Shown here in pieces: positions 1-12,154 of a stretch of 64,000 nt of DNA; position 1 is the first letter of the stretch; every line of letters starts with the position of its first letter. A model generated the notes under the pieces. It did not search any database, was not told the origin of the DNA, and worked only from the letters and a program-made list of their open reading frames with translations. Origin of the DNA: Octopus sinensis (lineage: Eukaryota); the NCBI RefSeq assembly GCF_006345805.1, contig NC_043001.1, positions 42,656,001-42,720,000 of the forward strand. Reading direction: 5' to 3'. The position numbers and the translations under genes were made by a program.

Positions 1-148
1 TATGATTGGCCATAATATTTAACTTCCTAAAAATTATATTACTGCTCTAATGCTTTAGAGTGTGCTTCTTTTTTGGATATATGAACTACTGACAATTGAC
101 TGACAGACAGATAGACAGATATCTCAGTGTTTGTATGTGGATCATTTA

Positions 149-240
149 TCTTTTACTTGTTTCAGTCATTGAGCTGTGGTGAAGCTGGGGGTCTGCTTTG
201 AGGGTTTAGCTGAACAAATTGACCCCAGTGTTTATTTTTA
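149..240 (-). mobile_element. 3' tail fragment of the microsatellite-containing SINE family
   Basis: TCTTTTACTTGTTTCAGTCATT...AAATTGACCCCAG matches the tail of the full copy at 42204-42600. Confidence 0.7.
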
Positions 241-614
241 ATGATGGACAATCACAAATGAGAATGCAGATATATATATATATATATATATAAATGAGAA
301 TGCGGATATATCAGGTGATTTTGATCTCTGAGATATTCCTCTTAGATATCCTCAGTGAGTCTTGCTGCCTGGGGTTAAATTGCTACTCACCCTGTAAAAG
401 CATGTTAACACTGTTGAGAAGCTAGCACCAAATTCAAACAGTAGTTGTGTATAATTATAAATAATGATGATATTAATATTAATAAATAATAGTAATAATA
501 ATATAGGTGACTAGTTAGCAAAAAAGAACAAAAGGTAAATATATAAATAAGGGTACTGGATAGCACCAGTTTTGCTAAATATATATGCATATGTGTGTGT
601 ATCTATCTATCTGT

Positions 615-1108
615 GGAAGCGCAATGGCCCAGTGGTTAAGGCAGCGGACTCGCGGTCGTAGGATCGCGGTTTCGATTCCCAGACTGGGCATTGTGAGTGT
701 TTATTGAGTAAAAACACCTAAAGCTCCACGAGGCTCCAGCAGGGAGTGGTGGTGAACCCTGCTGTACTCTTTCTCTCACTCTTACTTTCTGTTTCCTTTG
801 TACCTGTATTTCAAAGGGCCAGCCTTGTCACACTGTGTCACGCTGAATCTCCCAGAGAACTACGTTAATGGTACACGTGTTTCCAGAGTGCTCAACCACT
901 TGCATGTTAATAAATGAGCTGCGACGTCAGAGGTGCCAAGCTGTATCTGCTGTTGCCTTTCCCTTGGATAACATCTGTGGTGTGGAGAGGGTAGGCTGGT
1001 ATGCATGGGTGACTGCTGGTCTTCCATAAACAACCTTGCCCAGACTTGTGCCTCGGAGGGTAACTTTCTAGGTGCAATCCTATGGTCATTCATGACCGAA
1101 GAGGGGTC
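615..1108 (+). mobile_element. tRNA-derived SINE, copy 1 (family distinct from the other SINEs in the window)
   Basis: Pol III A box TGGCCCAGTGGTTAAGG and B box GGTTTCGATTCCC in a tRNA-like head, ~400-nt body, simple-repeat tail. Confidence 0.8.
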
Positions 1109-1129
1109 ATAATCTATCTGTCTGCCTGA

Positions 1130-1172
<43 letters not shown>

Positions 1173-1518
1173 TATATATATATTATATATATATATAATG
1201 AGAATGCGGATATATCAGGTGATTTTGATCTCTGAGATATTCCTCTTAGATATCCTCAGTGAGTCTTGCTGCCTGGGGTTAAATTGCTACTCACCCTGTA
1301 AAAGCATGTTAACACTGTTGAGAAGCTAGCACCAAATTCAAACAGTAGTTGTGTATAATTATAAATAATGATGATATTAATATTAATAAATAATAGTAAT
1401 AATAATATAGGTGACTAGTTAGCAAAAAAGAACAAAAGGTAAATATATAAATAAGGGTACTGGATAGCACCAGTTTTGCTAAATATATATGCATATGTGT
1501 GTGTATCTATCTATCTGT

Positions 1519-2011
1519 GGAAGCGCAATGGCCCAGTGGTTAAGGCAGCGGACTCGCGGTCGTAGGATCGCGGTTTCGATTCCCAGACTGGGCATTGTGA
1601 GTGTTTATTGAGTAAAAACACCTAAAGCTCCACGAGGCTCCAGCAGGGAGTGGTGGTGAACCCTGCTGTACTCTTTCTCTCACTCTTACTTTCTGTTTCC
1701 TTGTACCTGTATTTCAAAGGGCCAGCCTTGTCACACTGTGTCACGCTGAATCTCCCAGAGAACTACGTTAATGGTACACGTGTTTCCAGAGTGCTCAACC
1801 ACTTGCATGTTAATAAATGAGCTGCGACGTCAGAGGTGCCAAGCTGTATCTGCTGTTGCCTTTCCCTTGGATAACATCTGTGGTGTGGAGAGGGTAGGCT
1901 GGTATGCATGGGTGACTGCTGGTCTTCCATAAACAACCTTGCCCAGACTTGTGCCTCGGAGGGTAACTTTCTAGGTGCAATCCTATGGTCATTCATGACC
2001 GAAGAGGGGTC
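1519..2011 (+). mobile_element. tRNA-derived SINE, copy 2 (made by the tandem duplication)
   Basis: Near-identical to 615-1108. Confidence 0.8.
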
Positions 2012-2032
2012 ATAATCTATCTGTCTGCCTGA

Positions 2033-2100
<68 letters not shown>

Positions 2101-2271
2101 AACAATAGAGAGCAGTTGCCATATACCCTTCCATATCAGCTAACTCTGATGAATGTAAGGTTATATAATCGGATTGTTACCTAACACTCCATTGTATGTA
2201 TCCCTTGCACGAAACCAATTGATAAAATCAGCCATAATAGATATGTGATACTGTACATTTCAGATAATATA

Positions 2272-2303
<32 letters not shown>

Positions 2304-2437
2304 ATAGGCATCTTTGTTTCCATTTACGAAATTTACTTACAAGGCTTAGGGGACACTTGCCCAAGGTGCTGTGCAGTGGAACTGAACCTAAGACCCCATG
2401 ATTGGGAAGTAAGCTTCTCAACCACACAGCCATGCCT
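2304..2437 (-). mobile_element. SINE head (tRNA-like) next to (TG)n
   Basis: Reverse complement reads GGCATGGCTGTGTGG...GGTTCAGTTCCACTGCACAGCACCTTGGGCAAGTGTC; same family as 42204-42600. Confidence 0.75.
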
Positions 2438-3789
2438 GAACCTATATTGATTATAGCCTGAACTTTTGAGATGAATTATCATAAAAATTATATGTTCTCA
2501 AACTAACTTCATCTTTTGTGTTTCTATTTACACAAATGGGTCATTTCCAATCCTCAAGTTCCCTATTACTGAAAATTAATGTCATTCACACAGCCACCAA
2601 TACATGTATAATTATTATTTCAACTAAATATAATGTCATTATTGAATATTTAATCCTAAGTGCTCTAAAAATGCTCTAATAATTTTAGGACACAAGTCAC
2701 TTAGTGAATTGGAGTGGAACAATGAAGGTCTTCAGAACAAATTTAATACATCAAAGCCAGTCAAAATGTTGAGTAAAGTATAACACAAAAATGAAAATAG
2801 AGAAAACTAATTGTAGTAGTGGTAGTAGTAGTAGTGGCCCGTGGTAATGCCACAGGTGTGTTGGCTCGCTTCAGTGGGTTCTGTTGAACCTTGTAGTTTA
2901 TGACTTATTGAAGCGCTTAATGTTGAATTGATGGTTTTTCCTTTCTTTCTTCCTCTTTTTCCTTCTTCATTCATGCTTTATTTCCTTCAGTTTTGAATTT
3001 ATATTTTAATGTGGGTTTGTATTATATATATATCATATATATATACATGTTATATATGTAATTATTAAATTCTCCAAATTTTCTGTTCTGGATATAAGTA
3101 CCAGTAATTAGTCAAATAAAAGTTGAAGAATGAGATAAAGATTCTAATTCATGATATGTTTGCCAAAAGATTCTAAACAAGAGATAACATATTTCCTTTC
3201 AATTAATTCTCTAATGGTGTTTTCACACAGAAGAGAAATGTTTTTTATGCTTCAACTACCATGTATACTTTAAAATAATCTTTACTTGATATTAAAAGAA
3301 CTATTGTGTCTATAAAGCATCATACCCTGATTGTTAAGTGGTTTAAACAATCTTAGAGTATCCTTGGATAAATACCTCAGTGTGACTATTGACTTTAAGC
3401 TATATAAACATTACAACTAAAAACAGCTTGTAAAATTCTTGAAATAATTTTTAAAAACCTTTAGTGGGATTAATGAAATCCTTTTAATACCAAAATATGA
3501 TTATACATTGAATTTGATAATTCTCCTGAAAACCATATTTCATAAAGATAATCTTCCATTTGTGTCTGGAAGATTCTAGATTGGTTTTAACAAAAAAATT
3601 TAAAAAATAAATAAATGAAATAAAATTAAAATTAAAATTCCACAAAGCCTTTATGAATTACTGCACAGACAGAAGAAGAATATATTGAAAATAATAACTT
3701 GTAAAATCAGGCTTAAGAAATATTAGAAACATATCATCTTGTCAACAAAAATCCTGGTTTGTTAGTTCCTGTTACAGCTGAGGGTTGAT

Positions 3790-4400
3790 GGAAGCAGAGA
3801 GTATGTGACAATCTGTATTCAGGTGCCATTTTCAACTCTCTTTAATCAATCTGATCAATTTTCAAGGTGCTGCCTTTCTGCAAGTGCAAACTTCTCTGGG
3901 GACTGGATTGATGCCCTACACTAACATTAGTGGTCTACTCAGTCTAGATGAGTGAGAGCCAACGCCTGTGGGGGACTGAGATGTCATTGTGATCTGCTCC
4001 TCAATTCCACAGACCTTCATGGTTTGTCTTGCCACCTAAATACTGGTTGTTTCGATTACACCAATCTAAACTTAATCGTTAAATGGGAGCTGGTTGGATT
4101 ATCCAGAAGTGATGGGAAGAGAGCAGATGGTCTTACCCTTTATTCCTGGGTAAGAGGTAGATGCCTTAACTGGGACGCCACATCTGTGACTCCTTTGCTC
4201 CCTCCCACATTCTGGATGCTGCGATAAATGGGAGAGTCACTGCTTCCATAGCCAAATAGAACAAAATCCTTAAATATCTGTCAGGGAACCATTTCTTCCA
4301 ACCTGTGGTGTTTGAGATGTTTGAAGGGCCAACATCGTTGGCATCTCCCTCTACCAAGGTGTCAGGTGCTGCCAATGAGGGTGCTTGGCTATGGAAGAAC
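3790..4400 (+). mobile_element. Degenerate C-terminus (restriction-like endonuclease region) of a CRE-like non-LTR retrotransposon
   Basis: Translated motifs CHC...DLHGLSC, GLSRSDGKRADGLTLYSWVRGRCLNWDAT, and KY..G-NHFFQPVVFE; multiple frameshifts. Confidence 0.7.
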
Positions 4401-4703
4401 ATAAACTTCAAAACCCCTTCTAAATTGAATTAGTTCATTATAAAAGCCTATTACAAGCTTTATTTTAGCTGAGAAACAAAAAGAAGCTAAAGTTAGACAT
4501 CAATTAACGTGTTTTGAGTGATAAAAACTCAATTAGTAAGTATCTATCCATATAATGAGAAAAAGTTTGATGAGAGCCAGAACACGAAACTCTCGGACCT
4601 TGAGTCACTGTGTTACTTCTGCTAAATATTGACAAAATATGAGGAAAAAAAAAAATGAATAGATAAAGGGAGGTAAATATATGTGAGTTAATCATACAGA
4701 TTA

Positions 4704-4712
4704 ACCGGATGT
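4704..4712 (+). promoter_or_regulatory. ETS/GABP-like site ACCGGATGT in the NDUFS2 proximal promoter
   Basis: Motif lies 34 nt upstream of the NDUFS2 ATG in a locally CpG-containing stretch. Confidence 0.4.
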
Positions 4713-4745
4713 AGAAATTTCGGAGTTCCCAGCATCTCTGTCAAC

Positions 4746-4846
4746 ATGGCGGTGATCGGAGGACTTTTAAGGGCAACTGTCCCAAACATTCTATCTTTGT
4801 CTAAGAAAAATGTACTTGGATATGCTCCGGCGCTTTTTGTTTCTAG
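4746..4846 (+). CDS. NDUFS2: NDUFS2 exon 1 (mitochondrial targeting peptide)
   Basis: MAVIGGLLRATVPNILSLSKKNVLGYAPALFVS; basic/hydrophobic with no acidic residues; donor AG|GTAAAT, phase 2 matches exon 2. Confidence 0.85.
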
Positions 4847-6149
4847 GTAAATTGTATTTCACGCTTTAGTTTATTTAAAAATATATTCATTTAAGGGCGG
4901 TCAGTTTATTACATATGACCTGTTTATTTTCTTCTTCTTATCTCACGTTATCCCTTATCTTTCAAAACAAAATTATTTTGTTCACTGATTCTTAGTTAAT
5001 TCATGTTTCCCTTAAAGACTTGCCATTTAATTAATTGCGTATCATTTTCCCTACAGAGTTAGATTCAGTTTAACTGAGAATACAAGAGTTAAAATTTTGC
5101 TTTTCAATCACAATCGTCACCTTGAGAGGTCATTTCAAAAATGATTGTAAATTGCTAAAGCGAATGACCGGCAATTTATATTTAAGCAAATGATATTTAT
5201 ATTGCATTATGTTTAGAAACTGATACTGAATACTTTGGGCTAATTTAATAATTATGTGCAGAATTTCAACCACAAATGAATCACAACCAGTTCTTAATTT
5301 CTAGATTGAAATGATAATGTTTTCATTTATTTTTAGTTTGGTAAAAATGAATGTGTGTTTACATGCTTAATCGAAATAGAATTATTATTAGTTTCTCTTT
5401 GAGAAACAAGTGAGATTTGCACAGCTAATGTTTAGTTTCAACATTTCTTAGTCGATCATTGCGGGAAGGAAATTCGTGTGGGTTAACATTAGGCAATATT
5501 GTTAGTGCATTGCCTAGAAGATCCAGGCTATTGAGGACGGGTAGGTTTGGATGCAAGTAGTATCAGCTAACTACTTTTGCTGAATGTTGGCCATTGTACC
5601 CATAGAATAAACGGAGTGATGAGACTGCTTTTGCAAGCTAACCATTTTGTCCCGTAGCCCTTACCAGTAATGTGTATCATAAATTCTAAATTTTATTGCA
5701 TGTTGCCACTTGCATAAAGACCGAAATGAATCGGACCGTAAACTATTTGTTTTGAAAAATATGTTTCAGACTGTGAAGTCGGAATTTTTCTATGTTATGA
5801 TCCTCTGGTTAATAGAAAAGTTAATTGGATTGTGAGGTTTAGTATTTGTAATGACTCTCTGCAGTTACTATTGGATGTTGATCAAAACTAGATGGTGAAG
5901 TACAAGGTTGTTTCTTTGATGTGCAGTCATTCTGCATAAACTGTTCATTGACAAAAAAAATGCCACTCTTGTTCTCTAAAATATTAACTGTCAAAACAAA
6001 CAACTGCAAGTTTTCTAGCATATTGGATAATGAAATTTATGTTGCATATTAATGTCATATATCTGCAGAGGGTAAAGAGTGGTATTGTTTACTTATGAGT
6101 ATCATAGGAAATCATAGCTAATAATTTACCAATGTACAAGAGGAAAAAT

Positions 6150-6450
6150 GTTGGAGATAAGCCTGCCATGCAATGTGGTAGAGTTGTGGGACCTTCTCTC
6201 TTACTGAACTGAGGACAGGACTGTGGCTGATGGAGTTGAAGGCATTCTTAAGGTCAAGTTTGAGGATAACCTTGGGTGGCAAGGAGGGCAAGTTGGCATA
6301 GGCTCTGGCAGCATGGGCAGCAGCTTCATATCCCAATTTGGTGCCCACTCCTAGCTGGGTGGAGGAAAAATCCATCCTCCAATAAACAAGAGACTGATTG
6401 TAAGCGCACCTTTACAGTGAAACGGCGAAGGGTGCAGCCGATCGCAATGA
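6150..6450 (-). mobile_element. CRE-like reverse transcriptase fragment in NDUFS2 intron 1
   Basis: IAIGCTLRRF...TQLGVGTKLGYEAAAHAARAY...ILKLDLKNAFNSISH...VREKVPQLY. Confidence 0.75.
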
Positions 6451-6563
6451 GGCACAGTGCTTTTTAATCAGTATTTTGTTATTTCATATACTTTAGAGTT
6501 ATTTTTATTGATTTGCCTAAATTCATTAAATCCTGGTATTTTATATGAATCTTTTTATTCCAG

Positions 6564-6673
6564 CCGAGGAGCCAGCAAATGGCTAATGGATTCAGAGTAT
6601 TTAGGAAAAATGACAGGACCTGTAATGTACCCTGATGAAGTCAGTTCAAAATGGAAAAATCTCCCACTTAACC
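6564..6673 (+). CDS. NDUFS2: NDUFS2 exon 2
   Basis: RGASKWLMDSEYLGKMTGPVMYPDEVSSKWKNLPLN aligns to human RGVRQW...GAVMYP...W; CAG|...|GTAAGT. Confidence 0.93.
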
Positions 6674-6964
6674 GTAAGTTTATTTTGTTTTATTTCGGGT
6701 GATATATTTCCATAAACTCTGAAAGCTGTTTATCACTTTTGCACTAAACCATTTTGATAAGAATAACTGCTTAATAATTTTAAGTAAATGTTATAATGCT
6801 ATCTGGATCTTTAATTTTTAAATGGTTTTGAATAAATTTGGAACTTAGTAATTTTGTTAGCTACTCTTTGATAATCTTGTCCAGGATTGAAATAAATGGC
6901 CTTCTGTATACATATAAGTATGTGTGTGAATTTGTACACATATACATGAATACTGTAATCAATT

Positions 6965-7560
6965 TGACTAGTGTGTCCACCAGATCAGTAGGTGAATAGG
7001 TGACTGGCAGGTTTCCTGAAGTTAGTATTACAAACCATAAGATCATTTGCATTGCAGAACTCCAGCAGCCTGGTTCCCTCCTCATTGCAGGAATCAAAAC
7101 TATTGCCTCCGTGTACACTATGGAAGCCCCCTGCATGTTGTCCAATATGCCCAAAGAAGTCACCAGCCACAAAAACAAGATCCCTGTCATTCGTTGATGA
7201 AGTAGTCTGCAAGAAGATGTCATAAAATCAGTCTTTCTATTCATCAGGTAGCCCAGACTGAGAGGCATAAAGCAAGATAATGGTTGCTAACCCATGTTGC
7301 AGCACTAATCTGAACTTAAGTAGTCTATCACAGATGCTGACTACTTCAATTACCTTATCAACCCATTTCTCCACGCCCCTGACCCCTTCAGTGTTCCCAG
7401 TCCAGAAAATGTTATACCTATGTTCTTTGTCTGTGAGGAACCTAGCAGAACTTCCTCTTCACCTTACTTCTTGGATGCAGCACAAATCTACACGTCTCTG
7501 TTCAAGCATCTCAGCAATCTCACCAGACCTACCTTTCGGTGTGCCAACTCTGAGGGTGCG
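6965..7560 (-). mobile_element. RTE-clade LINE AP-endonuclease fragment in NDUFS2 intron 2
   Basis: VDLCCIQEVRWRGSSAR...; VAGDFFGHIG...HGG...NEEGTRLLEFCNANDLMVCNTNFRKPASHLFTY. Confidence 0.85.
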
Positions 7561-8243
7561 TGTGTGTGGGGGGATGTGGGCCCACGAGACCCTGGGATAG
7601 GAGACAGCTCGCATTTGGCAGAACTCATAAACATACAATAGCTTTCAACCTGCATACACTACATTATCATTTTATACGCTACATAATCACTATGTAGCAT
7701 AAGAGATAAACCCTAAATAGGGATGGGGGAAAGATTAAGCCTTTGGAGGTGTTCATGGGAGAGACATTCAATAGAGGTTAGAGGATAGAGACTTCCGATA
7801 CAGGTGGTGGTGGGGTGCACTGTGAAATAGCAAAAACTCGGGCTGCCAGTTTGAGAAAATATTAATGATAATATTGAGATAGAATTGGGGCATTTGAATT
7901 CTTAACTAGAGCTATAACCAAGAGTTTTCAGTCAACCAAACTGTGACAAAATTAGATAAATGACAATAATAGTTGCTTAAAACGATTCTATTCTATATTT
8001 CAAGCTGAAGCAAACACCGTAATATACATATTTAAATAACGAACAGTTATGATTAAAAAAATGCAGTTATTACAGGTTATATTATGGCAAAAAAATGTTT
8101 CAGAAATTTATTAAAAATAGTAGAGTTATTTCTGAGATATTTAGATATATGTTGAATTTTTTAAAACTGTCTTCTCGTCTGAATTCTGTATAATGAATAC
8201 TACTATATAATGGTTACATGAATTGTATAAAAATTATCTGCAG

Positions 8244-8353
8244 CTCGAGGAGAAGTGAAAGAGAAGGAAGTTCAAAATGTGACTATGAACTTTGGTCCAC
8301 AGCACCCTGCAGCTCACGGTGTATTGCGTCTCGTACTTACACTGGACGGTGAG
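8244..8353 (+). CDS. NDUFS2: NDUFS2 exon 3
   Basis: [26 protein letters not shown] signature; CAG|...|GTAAGT. Confidence 0.98.
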
Positions 8354-9289
8354 GTAAGTTTCTCTCTAATATTATATTTCGTTTTTTTTTTTCATTTTAC
8401 AATTGACCATAGACTACTAATCAAACTAAGACTTATTTATTTATTACTCTGTGTATTTCCAATTGCTTGACTGATAAAAATACATTTCCTTCTAATTAAC
8501 ATGAGTACTTTGTAGCAGAAAGAGCAAATTGTAAGAACAGTTACTTGAGTGAAAACCAAATTGCATTTGTTTTAGCATGAAATACTTGTAAAAGAATAAA
8601 ATTTTTTAACTAATTTTCTCTAGTTTATGCTTAGACACCTTGTTCACTTGGTTATCAAACAAGATCATAAATACTTGATCTCGTTTGCTAATAGTAGAAA
8701 CTGTGCAGCAACAAGTATTTGGATCTCTAACCTCTCCAGAGAACTCAAGAAGAGATAATACTCCTTTATAGATATGAAACTTGGATGATCACTGGATCCA
8801 TGACTAAGTGTCTTCATGGATGCTCGACTTGGATGTGATGATGACCTTCAGATGCAGAAAGTGACCAGTGCACAACTGTGTGGTAATCTCTTGCTGTTGA
8901 AACTGTCTTCATGCTATTTTGTTAATAACATGAAGGCAGTTGCAGCTTAATGGCCACTGTCTCTGAAACTCAGTTGCTCATTGACCAAATCATCTGAGAA
9001 CCACTCCACTGGAGGATAAACCATATATGTTCTTCATATGAAATTGTAACTGCTTTATTATTCTTGCACATTTTTTTATCAACATCAATTTGTTATATAT
9101 CTGTTAGAAAAAAAGATGAAAATGAATGAAATGAGAAGATTGACATGGTTATCACTTGTATTAAAATGTGACAATGGAATTATTGTGCTTCATGACTCAA
9201 ACAAAATCATCCAACTCAATCAAAGTAAAAGAAAGGTAAAAAAAAAAGACAAAAATATGATGTAAATTATTTGCATGTCTGGAAAAGCA

Positions 9290-9440
9290 AGTGATTGGCA
9301 AAATTTGTAGAGTGCTGAATAAAATAACCTTGTAGAATTTAATTGTATTTCTTTGCATTCTGAGTTCAAATTCTGGATCAACTTTGCATTTTGCCTTCCC
9401 AGAGATCAGTAAAATAAGTATTAGTTAACCTACTGATATT
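9290..9440 (+). mobile_element. Degenerate SINE of the 47759/63628 family
   Basis: ATTCTGAGTTCAAATT...TTTGC...AAATAAGTA core shared with the full copies. Confidence 0.55.
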
Positions 9441-9540
9441 GACTCTAAGACTCACCATATTTCTGACCTTTTGCCAATGTATGAAATCGTTACTTTTGCT
9501 ACTTCTTGCTAATATGAAAAACCTGTGTATTTCTCTTTAG

Positions 9541-9621
9541 ACTATTGAACGTGCTGATCCTCACATTGGTCTATTACATCGGGGTACAGAAAAGCTTATT
9601 GAGTACAAGACTTATATGCAG
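9541..9621 (+). CDS. NDUFS2: NDUFS2 exon 4
   Basis: [27 protein letters not shown]; TAG|...|GTAAAT. Confidence 0.98.
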
Positions 9622-9739
9622 GTAAATAGCATGATAAAGAAAACTGTAAGGAAAGAAATTACTATAAATTTTACAATTATTTCCTTTTACATATTGTATA
9701 TTCTAGTTACTTAATTGATTTTATTTTCTTTCTTTGTAG

Positions 9740-9860
9740 GCCTTACCCTATTTCGATCGTTTAGACTACGTTTCAATGATGTGCAATGAACAATGCTATT
9801 CATTGGCTGTGGAAAATTTATTAAATATTGAGATTCCAGAAAGAGCAAAATGGATCCGAA
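9740..9860 (+). CDS. NDUFS2: NDUFS2 exon 5
   Basis: [40 protein letters not shown]. Confidence 0.98.
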
Positions 9861-10189
9861 GTAAGTAAATTCATAACTAAGTAGATATATTGGTTGGAAT
9901 AATTTCCTAAAGTATTTTAGTTAATATAAGGACCTATAATGTTACTTGTGGAAATAGATGAATCTTTTACATTACTTATTGCAGTCATCCACTATAATAA
10001 TAATAATTCTTTATACTGTAGGCAGATGGTCTGAAATTTAGGATGAAGTTTGGCAACAGGAAGGACATCCAGCTATAGAAAATCCCCCTCAGTTAACTCC
10101 ATCCAACCCATGCAAACATGGAAAAAGGATGTTAAATGATGAGTTTTCTGGCTTGTGTTAGTCAATCCTGTACAAACTATTTGCCAATA

Positions 10190-10365
10190 CCTCCAACACT
10201 GATCCCTATACAGATGATACCACCCTCCGTAACCTGCACCTAAGTTTCAACCAAATACAACTTAGGCACCTCACACCAAACCTATATTGATTCCATGAAC
10301 AGAACTCAGTGAAGCCATGCTAATCTTTACTCTTTCAAAAGTACGAAGATGTAATTATTATGTAT

Positions 10366-10396
<31 letters not shown>

Positions 10397-10930
10397 CAAT
10401 AAAGCAATACTGTGCTCAACTCCTCAAACATGAAAAGCACACAGAACCCTTATAAAAATATTAGGCCCTCCTTATCACTGAGGATTTCTCCTGGTGATTT
10501 CACATCCTCAACATAGCAAAGACTGCATCCCAAAGACTGGCTTTCCTCTTCAAGACTAGAAAAATCTTTCAGCTCCCAACAATCAGTAACCCGATACAAT
10601 GCGTGAATCTGACCCATAATGGAGTATTGTTCCAATATCTGGTATTGTCTGCTGCTACATTTACTGACATCCATGATTGCATTAAAAAAATAGCCGCTCA
10701 ACTAATTGGCCTAACATCACTCTCTAACACACACCAATCTCTGGCCCACACACATGCTACTGTATGGCTACTTCTATTACTACTCAGTGGTCTTTACTCC
10801 TCAGGTATCTGGTCTTATGTCACCTCCATTCAAAATCTTGATGCATTTGTCTCTCTTGTTCCTTTTGTCACTTATATTGTGCACCCCAGTCCTTCCTCCT
10901 TGGAACATCGCTCCTTTAGAATTGCCTCCT
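10190..10930 (+). mobile_element. Degenerate CR1/L2-like LINE RT C-terminus, interrupted by (TA)n
   Basis: Y(T)DDTTL-like motif at ~10217, LYKNIRPSL near 10450, and downstream segments resembling the RT thumb and 3' region. Confidence 0.55.
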
Positions 10931-11101
10931 TGCTCATGTTTTTTCCTTGAACCATCAAGAGAAACATCAACTGTGCCAATCTCACTGGTCTCAGGATTGC
11001 AAGGGCCACACCCACAACCCCTTCTTTCAAAGAAAACCATTAAAAAAAAAGACAAAAGTAACATGTTGATTATTCCAGTATTATCATTTGTTGATTTTTA
11101 G

Positions 11102-11214
11102 CCCTTTTTGGTGAAATAACTCGGATACTCAATCATATTATGGCAGTCGGTACCCATGCTTTGGACATTGGTGCTATGACACCTTTTTTCTGGCTCTTTG
11201 AAGAACGTGAAAAA
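11102..11214 (+). CDS. NDUFS2: NDUFS2 exon 6
   Basis: [37 protein letters not shown]. Confidence 0.98.
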
Positions 11215-12079
11215 GTAAGTACTAGTACTGTTGTTACCTATTTTGTAAGCATTATTAGCTGGTTTAGATTATAGTATGAACTATAAGTAACAGAGACAAG
11301 TGCAACTGGTTATTGTGTATTTTCAGGCCAACTATCATAAAGCTGACTTTTAGTTTGTAGGTAGTCAGTTGAATAACTAGGTGTGATCTACAAAGCCATC
11401 ATTCCAATATACAGTGGCTAATCTTATGGGATACAATGTAACAATTTTGACAGATTTCACTTTCCACTATCCAGTCTAATTCTATATACTTGTACATTTT
11501 TGAAGTGGCCACTAGCAGAAGCAGGCAAGGAGGATTCTGCACAGTCACTTGACCTGCTAGAAATAGCATCCAAATCTTGAATTGTGCCTGTCTCTCCTAA
11601 AAATAGGTGAATATACAGACTAGCCAATTGCAAGTTTTATGTTTTAAATAAAGGTGGAGTGCAGTTGGTATTTGTAATCTAGTCTCTTATAATTTAACCC
11701 TTTCATTACCAACCCGGCTGAAGCTGACTCTGGCTCTGTAGTACAAATGTCTTGTTTTCATAAGTTTTGAATTAAAATCTTCCACTAAACCTTAGTCACA
11801 ATTAATGTTCCTAACACTAGCTTAATGATAACTAAGTTATTTTACTAAATTCTTTGTTATATCTAAAATAATTGAGAGAAACACAGAGCATCTCAAAACA
11901 AATACAGTAATGAAAAGGTTAAAGGTCTAATGCAAATAATTCTGCAGAATTAACTAATTTTCTCTAGCTAGAGATCAAATTAACATTAGTTTTAGTAATG
12001 AGTTTATTTTTTGCAATAGAGTTGCTTTTGCTTAATATGTTGTGTCTACTTTATTAATTGAGTTTATGTTTCCCCATAG

Positions 12080-12154
12080 ATGATGGAATTTTATGAACGT
12101 GTTTCTGGAGCCCGTATGCATGCAGCTTATGTTCGTCCTGGTGGAGTTTCACAG
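12080..12154 (+). CDS. NDUFS2: NDUFS2 exon 7
   Basis: [25 protein letters not shown]. Confidence 0.98.

Larger units (their letters stand above)
293..2097. repeat. Tandem duplication, two ~904-bp units (293-1196, 1197-~2097)
   Basis: Both units start AATGAGAATGCGGATATATCAGG and end in (TCTG)n(TCTA)n(TA)n. ORF track duplicates are offset by 904 and then 903 nt, consistent with a 1-nt indel (TTCCTTTGTACC vs TTCCTTGTACC). Confidence 0.97.

Noticed and set aside
405-590. 61-aa hydrophobic ORF (and its duplicate at 1309-1494)
   Set aside because: Produced by low-complexity (TAA)n/AT-rich sequence; the duplicate only reflects the tandem repeat.
615-690. tRNA gene (also 1519-1594 and the heads at 27100-27164 and 42520-42600)
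   Set aside because: A/B boxes are present, but there is no closed acceptor stem or poly-T terminator, and each continues into a SINE body.
5615-5720. Intronic C/D box snoRNA starting at GTGATGA
   Set aside because: No D box (CTGA) or terminal stem at a suitable distance.
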